Assembly: GCA_951406725.2 (NCBI GenBank)
Contig: OX597834.1
Location: 37,262,001 to 37,326,000, forward strand
From: Octopus vulgaris
Lineage: Eukaryota
Direction: 5' to 3'
DNA length: 64,000 bases
Both the position numbers and the translations under genes were made by a program. The notes below the pieces were generated by a model. The model worked only from the letters and a program-made list of their open reading frames with translations, made no database searches and was not told the origin of the DNA. Below, piece after piece: positions 52,505 to 64,000 of the stretch (within the stretch, counting starts at the first letter, position 1; every line of letters starts with the position of its first letter).

Positions 52505-53620
52505 TTTTCCCAACTCATTACAATTGCTCTTCTGCAATAAAGCCAACCCGTTATCTCTGTGCAGGCCTACAACTATAGCTGTGAGTTTACTGTTAAGTGC
52601 ACCCACTATGTAAAGATCACATATTTCTTTTGAACAATCTTATATTGACATCAGATCAACAGATGGGGTTTGTCAAAGAGTAAGCTTCTTTTTATTTTTA
52701 TTTTGTTCTGGCATACGTAATGAATTTTGTCTTCGTTAATAACAGTGATGTATGTCTTGGCAGAGCCTGGAGCTCTGATACATAACACTTTCAAGATGGA
52801 GGTATAAAATTCAACAATAATGACTTGAGTGATTTCCTTCTTTTCCTTCGCTCGTTTTAAAACCAGCTGATTATAGTTTTCTTATTGTTCCAGTGACATC
52901 AGTTGGTGGCTTTCATCATTCTATCATTAATGTTATTTAAAATGTATTTACTAAGTAATCCAATCTCGGTCTTGGTAGGATTGATTAATCTGCATTTCAG
53001 ATTAGAGGTGAAATTCTCTTAATGATCTTTGAAGGTGATATATATACTTTACGTTCAACTAAACATTTCTGATCTATTGTCTATTTTCAGTCTATAGTGC
53101 TTGCTTCATTATTTATGTTATTCTAAGTATGTAAGTGAACTGTTCCATGGTTTTCAGTAATGTTGTTGGATATCGAGTCGATTGTACGTGTCTACCTAAT
53201 TCTTATAGATTTTTCGTTTTATCTGCAAATATGAAGGTTTTATTGGATTTTTTAATGTTCTTCTGTATCAAAGTTTAGTTTCTGCTAGAAGGTGTTGTTA
53301 GACTTTCAGCAATGTTCATATCTAAGAGGTCACATACAAATTGTATGAAGTCTTTAATTCATGACTGGTAGTTGCATGCTTTTATACACAAGTTATAAAT
53401 AGGTGAGTGAGTCATTGATGTCTGAATCGTGTAAAAAGCCTTCCATTTCATATGCTTTAGGGCATCTTCTACCTTTTCCAATAACCGTTTCGCGGAATTC
53501 TTTATTTGATGGTATTTCGATGTTTCTTAGTTGAATAAGCTGTGTTATATAATTCCGTGTTCAAAGACCATACTTTTTTTCTTTTTTCGGTTGTAATTAG
53601 TGCTCTGTAGTATAAGAGCA
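52505..53620 (-). pseudogene. Decayed Penelope-like element reverse transcriptase
   Basis: Motifs in order on minus, with stops and frameshifts: MKWKAFY, FADKTKNL*, YITFKDH*ENF, KCRLINPTKTEIGLLSKYILNNIN, IISWF, IVEFYTSI, RSLLFD, EICDL, VGLHRDNGLA (GLYRDDGL-type active site). Confidence 0.8.
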
Positions 53621-55812
53621 TGGATCAGTGGCATTTCTTGGAATGTGCAGAGGGTGTGAATCACACAGGCTGGCCATGCTTTTGTTGGGGATGACATACA
53701 TATGGTGAGGCTATTTTATGCTTGAAAAGGTGGTAACCAAAGCTACAGCTCATGGTGTGTAGACTACACGGGCTGGTCACTCTTTTGTACAGGAAGAAAA
53801 GGCTTCACTGTATGTGTTACTTGAATACTAGAAATATCTCTGTGTATGTGCAAATACTTTCTCAACTGAATGTGTGTGTGTGTGTGTATATATATATGCA
53901 CACACATATACGCATTTGTATTTTATGGATAGAGGGGCTCCGAAAGGGGTCTCAGAGAGTAGCATTCCTTGTGAGTATTTATTGAGCGCAAACACCTAAA
54001 GCTCCACGAGGCTTGGGGGGGGGGGCGAACCCTGCTGTACTCTTTCACCACAACTTTCTCTCACTCTTTCTTGTTTCTGTTGTGCCTGTATTTCAAAGGA
54101 CCAGTCTTGTCACATTCTGTGTCACACTGAATCTCCCTGAGGACTACATTAAGGACACATGTGTCTGTGGAGTACTCAGCCACTTGCATGTTAATTTCAC
54201 GAGCAGGCTGTTCCATTAATCGAATCAACTGGAACCCTCGTTGTCATAACCGTCGGAGTGCCATAATAATGATGATGATCATCATCATCGTTTAGCGCCC
54301 ACTTTCCATGCTAGCATGGGTTGGACGGTTCAACTGGGGTCTGGGAAGCCAGAAGGCTGCAACAGGCCCAGTCTGATCTGGCAATGTTTCCACGGCTGGA
54401 TGCCCTTCCTAACGCCAACCACTCCATGAGTGTACTGGGTGCTTTTTACGTGCCACCGGCACAGGTGCCAGGCAACGCTGGCAAACGGCCACGATTGGAT
54501 GGTGCTTTTTACATGCCACTGGCACGGAGGCCAGGAATTTTCCACTACAAGGAAGCAAGCTTCTCTTATAGGGATGTAAAACATCCACTTTTCACTGGCT
54601 AACAGTTTAATACCCAAAATAGTTAGAAAAAATTTTCTCCAATACAAGTGGGTATATATACATGATATACAATAATAAAAACAATACAAATGGTATTTTT
54701 ATATACATGTATATATATATATGTATATGCATGACAGGCTTCTTTCAGTTTCTGTCTACCAAATCCATTCACAAGGCTTTGGTTGGTCCAAGGCTATAGT
54801 AGAAGACACTTGCTCAAGGTATCACACAGTGAGACTGAACCCAGAACCATGTGGTTGGGAAGCAAGCTTCTTACCACACAACCACACATATGCAATTCTT
54901 ATATTTTTTATACTTCTCTTGACCTCTAGGACTCATAATGCCATTTACTGATTGCCATGGGGTATGACTGACTGAAATCACCTTTTCTCTCTAAACGAGA
55001 CACCAGTCCATTGTAGGGTCCATGGCCACCAATTATCAGAGGAGAGGACAAGTCAGTTACATAATTACTTTGAACCCAGTACATGACTGGTACTTTATTT
55101 TATTAACCCTGAATTAATAAAAAGGCAAAGTGGACCCCAGCTGGATTTGAACTCGGAACATTAAAGAGCCAGGAGGAATGCTACTAGGTATTTTGTACCA
55201 ACGTTTTCATGTGACAGGCATGATAATTGTAGAATGACTACTTGCTGCATGAAACCAATGGTAGCCGTCTTAACTCACAAATAAAGAACATCCACCAATG
55301 TGGTGTTGAGCACATCAGTATTAGTGTGTATGTATATATACATATATACATACATACATTATACACATAAAAAGCACCAATGTGGTGTTGAGCTCATCAG
55401 TATTAGTGTGTATGTATATATACATATATATACATACATACATTACACATATAAAAAGCACCATTCGAATGTAGTCGATGGCAGTGCCGCCTGATTGGCA
55501 CCATGCTGGTGGCACATAAAAAGCATCCTCTACACTCTTGGAGTGGTTGGCGTTAGGAAGGGCATCCAGCTGTAGAAACCTTGCTAGATCAGATTGGAGC
55601 CTGGTGCCGCTTCCTGTCATTGCCAGTCCTCTGTCAAACCGTCCAACCCATGCCAGCATGGAAAACAATAATGGTGATGATGATTATACATGCATACATA
55701 CAAATATGCATTATACATATACACATTATATATGCATACATACATATTATATATGTATATACACATTATACATGCATGCATACATACATTATATATATAT
55801 ATATATATATAT

Positions 55813-55975
55813 AGGCACAGGAGCGGCTGTGTGGTAAGTAGCTTGCTAACCAACCACATGGTTCCGGGTTCAGTCCCACTGCGTGGCATCTTGGGCAAGT
55901 GTCTTCTTCTATAGCCCCGGGCCGACCAATGCCTTGTGAGTGGATTTGGTAGACGGAAACTGAAAGAAGCCTGTC

Positions 55976-56009
<34 letters not shown>

Positions 56010-56202
56010 CTGTGTTTGTCTCCCTAGCATTGCTTGACAACCGATGCTGGTGTGTTTACGTCCCCGTCACTTAGCGGTTCGGCAAAAGAGACCGATAGAA
56101 TAAGTACTGGGCTTACAAAGAATAAGTCCCAGGGTCAATTTGCTCAACTAAAGGCGGTGCTCCAGCATGGCCGCAGTCAATAGACTGAAACGAGTAAAAG
56201 AG
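55813..56202 (+). mobile_element. SINE family A copy
   Basis: Full-length consensus match. Confidence 0.85.
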
Positions 56203-56366
56203 ATACACATTATACATGCATACATACACTCACACACACGCATACATGTATACATACAAATACATTTCTATATTTACTCACACACACATATACATGTGCC
56301 CACATCATACATACATGTACATGCTTCTGTCTCTCAGTCTATATATATATATATATTACGTGATTA

Positions 56367-56663
56367 CATGACCGACCAGACCATCAGATGTTGTTACACA
56401 TCGCTGGTCACAATGCGTTCGCATTGTTTTAGCCTTTGAATGACGCCACCCAGCTGGCTAAGCGAGCAGGCCAACAGAAGAAAGAGTGGGAGAAAGAGTG
56501 GTGAAAGAGTACAGCAGGGATCACCACCCCATGCCGGAGCCTCGTGGAGCTTTTTTTTTAGGTGTTTTCGCTCAATAAACACTCACAACGCCCGGTCTGG
56601 GAATCGAAACCGCGATCCTCCGACCGCGAGACCGCTGCCCTAACCACTGGGCCATTGCGCCTC

Positions 56664-56666
<3 letters not shown>
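56367..56666 (-). mobile_element. SINE family D variant with an RTE-like 3' tail
   Basis: Intact A box and GTTTCGATTCCC B box; tail resembles the RTE 3' end at 48496-48545. Confidence 0.75.
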
Positions 56667-56715
<49 letters not shown>

Positions 56716-56849
56716 TTTTTATTTGTGTCTGTCTATTTCTCTCGTTCTATATTTATAGATGTGTGTGTGTGTGTGTGTGTGAATAGATATATATATGAAG
56801 ATATAAACAGAAGTTGATGCTCACTCATGCACACATATATTTACTTTCT

Positions 56850-56893
<44 letters not shown>

Positions 56894-58889
56894 CATATAT
56901 GCACGCAGCCGCACATGCACACTAGTGGTTAATAGAAAACAATGATGCTTGCATCAAATTTGCAATGGAGACTTTGATGTAATGGAAGAACAAAGAGCTA
57001 CAAGCATAACCACCACCACCACCACCACTACCACCAGCACTACCACCACCACCACCACTACTACTACTACTACAGTAACAACATCAGCAACAGTAACTAC
57101 AAGAACAACTACAATTGGAATTAATTAACTCTTTGATGTGAATAATGTTAATCATTGTGGAATTGATTGAAGAGAGAGAGAGAAAGAAAGAAAGAGAGAG
57201 GGGGGGAGAGAAAGAGTGTGGGTGGTGAGAGAGAATTTGATGGGGTGGGTGGGTGGGTTGGGTGGAGGGTGTAGAGGTAGTGGGAGGGGAAGGGGTAGGT
57301 AATTATTGTTGAGTAAGATGAAGTAGGGAGGGGTGGGGGCAGAGGAGGAGGAGAAGATTGATGAGTGATAATGAAGGTGGTGGGGGTGGGGGTGGAGGTG
57401 ATGGTAGCGGTGCTGATGGTGGTGATAATGATGATGATGGAGGAGGGGTAGTAATGGTGGTGGTGGTGATGGGGATGATGGTGGCACCGGTGATTTTAAT
57501 GAAGAAAGTAGGAGACTGGAAAAGAAATGCTAAGAAGTCTGTAAAGACAAGAAGGAAGTATTGTAAATTCTCTGGAGAGGGAGAGAGAGAATGGCGGTGC
57601 CATAAGTCTCCCAGACAGAGTGTTGTTGCTTTCAACAAATTCTCAAGATATACACTAATGAGATGTTGTTACATTCATGCCTTTCCAAAGGAGACACTGG
57701 CAGCTGAAGAGAAATGGTATAATTGATAATCAAGTGACCACCCCTACAGACTCAGCTTGTCGGAGAGGTATTAGTACAAGTACTCTCAGTTTCACACACC
57801 TGCTCTGGCAGGTGATACAGATTTACCTTGTCAAGGGAGCAACTGATTCTGAGGTGTTAGATACCCCCAGTGAATTACTGGTACTCTCAGTTATTAATTC
57901 TTTCTTTTTTTTTTTAAATCTTTTATCTTATTCTTGTTTCAGTCATTGGACTGTGGCCATGCTAGAGCACTGCCTTGAAGGGATTAGTCAAATTGAAACG
58001 AGTGTTATTTTTTTTCTTTTCTGTCAGTCTCCTTTTGCCGACCTGCTAAGTTACAGGGACATGAACAAACGAATACCAATTGCTAAATGATGGCAGTATA
58101 TATAATAATTATATATATATATATATAGGCATTCATCTCTGATTAATTACCTTACAAGACTGGAGAGCACCATCTATCCCAGAGTTTCCAGAAGGGTGCC
58201 AAAGGGGGCAACACACCACCACCATTCTTTGATCAGCTATCAAAGATGACTCCCCTAGTCATCATCACCATCATCAACACCACTACCATCACCTCTACCA
58301 CCATCAATCTCCTCCTCTTCCTCCTCCTCCTCCATTTTACTCTATATTTATAACTGTTCTAGATTCTTGTAATTTTACTGTTATTACTATGCATCTAAGA
58401 AGCTGACCTTTATTTTTTTATTTCTTTCAGTCATAAGACTACAGCCATGCTGGAGCACCGCCTTTAGTTGAAGAAATCGACCCCAGGACTTATTCTTTGT
58501 AAGCCTCGTACTTATTCTGTCAGTCAATTTGCTAAAAGGCTAAGTTACAGGGACATAAACACACCAACATTGGTTGTCAAGTGATGGTGGGAAGACAGAC
58601 AGACAGACAGACATATGCACACACACGCACACACATATATATATACAACGGGTTTCTTTCAGTTTCCCTCTACCAAATCCGCTCACATGGCTTTGGTTGG
58701 CCCGAGACTATAGTAGAAGACACTTGCCCAAGGTGCCATGCAGCGGGACTGAACCTGGAACCATGTGGTTGGTAAGCAAGCTTCTTAATACAGTCACACC
58801 TGTACCTATCAACTTTTTTTTTTATATTTCAGATTGGAGAAGATAGCTGTAACAGCACTTTGGACACAGCCTACGCAACACTGCTTTTC

Positions 58890-59490
58890 ACAGTTGACTA
58901 ATCTGCATAAAGCCATTGGAACATGCTGGAAGCTTGCAATGAAGTTCTGTGTTAAACTTGGGCAAAAACACTACAGACACTTATGTATAAGGTGGCAAGC
59001 TGGCAGACACGTTAGCACGCAGGGCGAAATGCCTAGCGGTATTTCGTCTGCCGTTACGTTCTGAGTTCAAATTCCGCCGAGGTTGACTTTGCCTTTCATC
59101 CTTTCGAGGTCGATAAATTAAGTACCAGTTGCATACTGGGGTCGATGTAATCAACTTAATCCGTTTGTCTGTCCTTGTTTGTCCCCTCTATGTTTAGCCC
59201 CCTGTGGGCAATAAAGAAATAAGACACTTATGTTGAAATGTTCCAGATTACTTATGGATAAACTTTTCCATTTGCACAAGAATTTCAAGGATAATAGAGA
59301 GGAGATGAGAGGTGATAAAAGAAAAAAAGGGACATCAGGACATTGCAATTTTCTGGACAAAGACTGTTGTGTGTCTCTAAAGACAATAAGCACACTCTTT
59401 GGAGTTGGTGTGGCAACTGTTCACGGAATTATTCTTGAAGATCTGAACATGCACGAAATTTGTGCAAAGTGTGTGCTCATTGATGTGCAT
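58890..59490 (+). pseudogene. Mariner-type transposase N-terminal remnant interrupted by a family B SINE
   Basis: AMKFCVKLG..TTDTY.EM...HKNFKDNREEM...VATVHGIILEDLNMHEICAKCV; SINE flanked by 12-bp TSD AGACACTTATGT (58975-58986, 59222-59233). Confidence 0.75.
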
Positions 59491-60886
59491 TGAAGTCAGA
59501 GGAGCATCCTGAGTTTTGGTGCCAATATAATGTACCAAACTTATCCACATGCTTAAGAACATGCATTCATTTATATACTTGACACAACATACAAAGTCAT
59601 TATATACATATATATATATATACACACATATATACATACATATACACACATATATATATATATATACATACATATATATATATATATATATACATGCATA
59701 TATTTACATACATACATACATACATACATAGGCATATACTTGTACTTGTGGCGACATTCACCCTGGGTGGGCTGAGTCAGCTTCTTCTACCCATGGAAGA
59801 AGTTTCATGGGAATATGTGGATTTCACAAGCGATCTCCAACAATCCCGCATGTGGAGACATCCTGTTTGCTGCAGATTGTCCACAGACGCAGGGACAGAA
59901 TGACCGAAGAGCCGCCGGCTGCCAAAGCGGACACTCCGAGGATTTTCAACCGTCTGCCGGGTTGTGGCCCTAATATCACTCGGTGTCAGACCAATCTGCC
60001 TTGGTGGCCCTACCAGGAACCGAAGTTCCCGACGGCATAGCTCTGACACTACCCGTCGCCAGCGTCCCCACCACAGTGAGGAGGGGATGGACTTTGCGTC
60101 CCCAAAGTCCATACACATATAGGCATATATACATACATATGTCTAACCTATGCCAGCATTGAAAACAGACGTTAAATAATGATGATATATATATAAACAC
60201 ACACACACATATAAATATACACACACGTAAATATACACACACATACACACAGATGTAGGTCTGGCTTCTTTCAGTTTCTATCTACCAAATCCACTCACAT
60301 GGCCTAGGTCAGCCTAGTGCTACAGTAGAAAATAGTTGCCTAATGTGCCACACAGTGGGACTGAACCTGGAACCATGCGGTTTAGAAGGAAACTTCTTAA
60401 CCCCATACCCACGCCTGCTTCAATATTATTGTACTTCAAATAAAAAATTTTTAAAAAGTTTCAGAAAATTCACTGGAATATTAATGTTATATCAATTCCT
60501 TTTTAAAATAATTCAAAGTAGAACTGTTCTCGTTAAATTCATTAAGATAATTAAAGACAAATATTTGAAAATGTTATAATTTATTAAATGAATTATTAAT
60601 GACTTTGCTTGAAGATTTATGTTTTTAAATATATTTTTGTACAGTTGTTTGTTTTTGAATTAGTCAAGTGTGAAAATTAAATGAGATACAATGACTATAA
60701 ATTTAAGGTGTGGCCCAACTTAGAGACAGACGAAAGACAAACAATTTGGGCGGAAGTTCAAATGCACCTCATTAGTGTCACTCTGCTTGCATCAGTGTTA
60801 TTCATGGGGAAAAAAAAACACTTTGTGAAGTTACTGCTTCGTTAACCACAGTTTGGTCAATCCATATATATATGTATATATAATAT

Positions 60887-60969
60887 AAAATAAATATAAG
60901 AGAGTGGTCACTATATGGCTCACTCTAGCACCGTGAGCCATATAGTGACCACTCTCTTATATTTATTTT
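60887..60969. repeat. Perfect 37-bp inverted repeat with a 9-nt loop
   Basis: 60887-60923 is the exact reverse complement of 60933-60969. Confidence 0.95.
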
Positions 60970-61278
60970 GTAAAAATATTATAATATATTATAAAATATT
61001 ATAATAATCCAGGTTTCTCGGAGCACTAGGCCACTTGGTGTTGAATAGATATACTATTAAATTAGTATCTAATTCTCTCACCCTTATTAATTAATTATAT
61101 GTATATATATATACTTTATTTAAAGTTTCATGAACGGGAACGTGAAACTCCGAGTAACAGCTTTTGTTAAATTTCTGCTGCATTCAAATAAAGCATATTA
61201 CTCTACCTCTGGTATTTGAGTACTCTTTTTTCCACCTTGTTTCACATTTATGTGCTTACTCCGGTATATATATATATG

Positions 61279-61499
61279 TATGATGGGGTGCTGGAAAGTT
61301 CCTGGCTTTGAGGATATCGGAAAAGGCTTGGATGGAGGCTCAACCATCCGTGTTCTTTTACAAGGCTTTGAAAAACTGAAGGACCACCAAATAAGTGTTT
61401 GTATCTGAAAGGGGAATATATTGAATAAAATCATAATTAACTGATACTCTGTTTCTTTCTTTTACACAATGTCAGAAACTTTCCAGAATTCAACTCGTA
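61279..61499. mobile_element. Tc1/mariner-like MITE (degenerate)
   Basis: TA-flanked imperfect TIRs ..GGGGTGCTGGAAAGTTCCTG / CAGAAACTTTCCAG..AACTCGTA. Confidence 0.5.
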
Positions 61500-61844
61500 T
61501 GTGTGTGTATATATATGTATGTATGTATATATGTATATATACATATTTATATATGTGTGTATATGTATGTATATATATATGTGTATATATATCACGTGAC
61601 CGACCAGACCATCAGATGTTACACATCGCTGGTCACAATGCATATATATATATCTGTATATATATATGTGTATATATGTATGTATATATATATGTGTGTA
61701 TATAAATATGTATGTATGTATATATATATGTATGTATGTACATATATATGTATGTATGTGTATATATATATGTGTATATATATGTATGTATATATATATG
61801 TATGTATGTACATATATATGTATGTATGTGTATATATATATGTG

Positions 61845-61875
<31 letters not shown>

Positions 61876-61884
61876 GTATATATG

Positions 61885-61917
<33 letters not shown>

Positions 61918-62250
61918 GTATATATATGTATGTATGTATATATATGTATGTATGTATACATATGTATGTATGTATATATATGTATGTATGTATATGTATG
62001 TATGTATATATATGTATGTATGTATATGTATGTATGTATATATATGTATGTATGTATATGTATGTATGTATATGTATGTATGTATATATGTATATATGTA
62101 TATATGTATGTATATATATATGTATGTATATATATATATATATACCTATGTATATATATATATATATATGTATGTATATATGTATGTATATATGTATGTA
62201 TATATGTATGTACATATATATGTATGTATATATGTATGTATATATATATG

Positions 62251-62283
<33 letters not shown>

Positions 62284-62332
62284 GTATATATGTATGTATG
62301 TATGTATATATGTATATATATATGTATATATG

Positions 62333-62370
<38 letters not shown>

Positions 62371-62593
62371 CATATGTATGTATGTATATATATATGTATG
62401 TATGTATATCTATGTATGTATATCTATGTATGTATGTATATATATGTATATATATATGTATGTATATGTATGTATGTATATATATATATATGTATGTATG
62501 TATATGTATATGTATGTATATATGTATGTATATATGTATATATATATGTATGTATATATGTATATATATATATATGTATATATATATGTATAG

Positions 62594-62624
<31 letters not shown>

Positions 62625-62817
62625 ATATATATATGTATGTATATATATATATGTATGTATATATATATATATATGTATGTATATATATATATATGTATGT
62701 ATATATATGTATATATGTATGTATGTATATATATATGTATATATATATATCTATGTATATATATATATGTATGTATATATATATATGTATGTATATATAT
62801 ATATGTATGTATATATG

Positions 62818-62856
<39 letters not shown>

Positions 62857-63026
62857 ATATGTATGTATATATATATGTATGTATATATATATATATGTAT
62901 GTATGTATATATATATGTATGTATATATATATGTATGTATGTATATATATATATATGTATGTATGTATATATATATGTATGTATATATATATATATGTAT
63001 GTATATATATATATGTATGTATATAT

Positions 63027-63058
<32 letters not shown>

Positions 63059-63264
63059 TATTATGTATGTATGTATATATATATATATATGTATGAATAT
63101 ATATATGCATATGTATATGGATATATATGTATAGATATATATGTATGTGTGTGTGTGTGTGTGTGTATATGTATATACGTGTATATATGTGTATATATAT
63201 TTATATGTGTATATATATATGTATATATGTATATATATATATATCTATGTATATGTATATAATA

Positions 63265-63295
<31 letters not shown>

Positions 63296-63343
63296 ATGGA
63301 TATATATATATATATGTATATGTATATATATGTATATATATGT

Positions 63344-63398
<55 letters not shown>

Positions 63399-63452
63399 TA
63401 TATGTATGTATATCTATATATGTATTTGTATGTATATCTATATATGTATTTG

Positions 63453-63483
<31 letters not shown>

Positions 63484-63622
63484 GAATATATATATGAATA
63501 TATATATGTATATATATATGTATATATATATGTATGTGTATATATATATGTATATATATATGTATATATATATATGTATATATATATGTATGTATATACA
63601 TATATATATGTATATGTGTATA
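61500..63622. repeat. 2.1-kb (TA)n/(TATG)n satellite
   Basis: Direct inspection; accounts for the 543-aa and 476-aa spurious ORFs. Confidence 0.95.
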
Positions 63623-64000
63623 TCATCATCATCATTGTTTAACGTCCGTTCTCCATGCTAGCATAGGTTGGACGGTTCGACCGGGGATCTGGCAAGCCAG
63701 AAGTCTGCACCAGGCTCCAGTCTGATCTGTCAGTGTTTCTACTACTGGATGCCCTTCCTAACGCCAAGCACTCCGTGAGTGTAGTGGGTGCTTTTTACAT
63801 GCCACCTGCACATGTGCCAGGCGAGGCTGGCAACGGCCACGGTTGGATTGGTGCATTTCACGTGCCACCGGCACGGAAGCCGGCTGAGGCGGCACTGGCA
63901 TCGGTCATGATTCGGATGTTGCTTTTTACGTGCCACCGGCACAGAAGCCCGACGAGGCGGCACTGGCATCGGTCATGATTTGGATGGTGCTTTTTACGTG

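Noticed and set aside
61437-63661. Long ORFs of 200-543 aa (YI/CM/VY-rich)
   Set aside because: Stop-free translations of (TA)n/(TATG)n satellite; the same applies to the ORFs at 21-24 kb, 28 kb, 36 kb and 43 kb

Overview
AT-rich, microsatellite- and SINE-saturated animal DNA; the repeat families resemble those of an octopus-type cephalopod (inference). Almost all tracked ORFs are artefacts of simple repeats and SINEs. Three spliced genes can be assembled by hand. (1) A minus-strand gene with coding exons 8103-8020, 4432-4360 and 241-141, running off the left edge, encodes a TEX47/DYBLUP-like BLUF-fold ciliary protein and has a consensus RFX X-box 70 bp upstream of its ATG. (2) Head-to-head with it is a complete plus-strand PDRG1 gene (13730-13854, 16439-16539, 25010-25167; 127 aa, with a possible extra 5' exon at 10295-10309). 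(3) The terminal exon of a rhomboid protease lies at 49464-49232 (minus). The rest is at least five SINE families, CR1/RTE/Tx1 LINE tails, a decayed Penelope-like reverse transcriptase, a mariner remnant, non-autonomous Helitrons, MITEs and satellites. The most unusual signals are a tRNA-headed SINE family carrying a Penelope-type minimal hammerhead-ribozyme motif (twice arranged as head-to-head inverted pairs), the BLUF-like ciliary gene, and a perfect 37-bp hairpin beside a second hammerhead remnant. All calls come from reading the sequence; no database search was run, and repeat boundaries are approximate.
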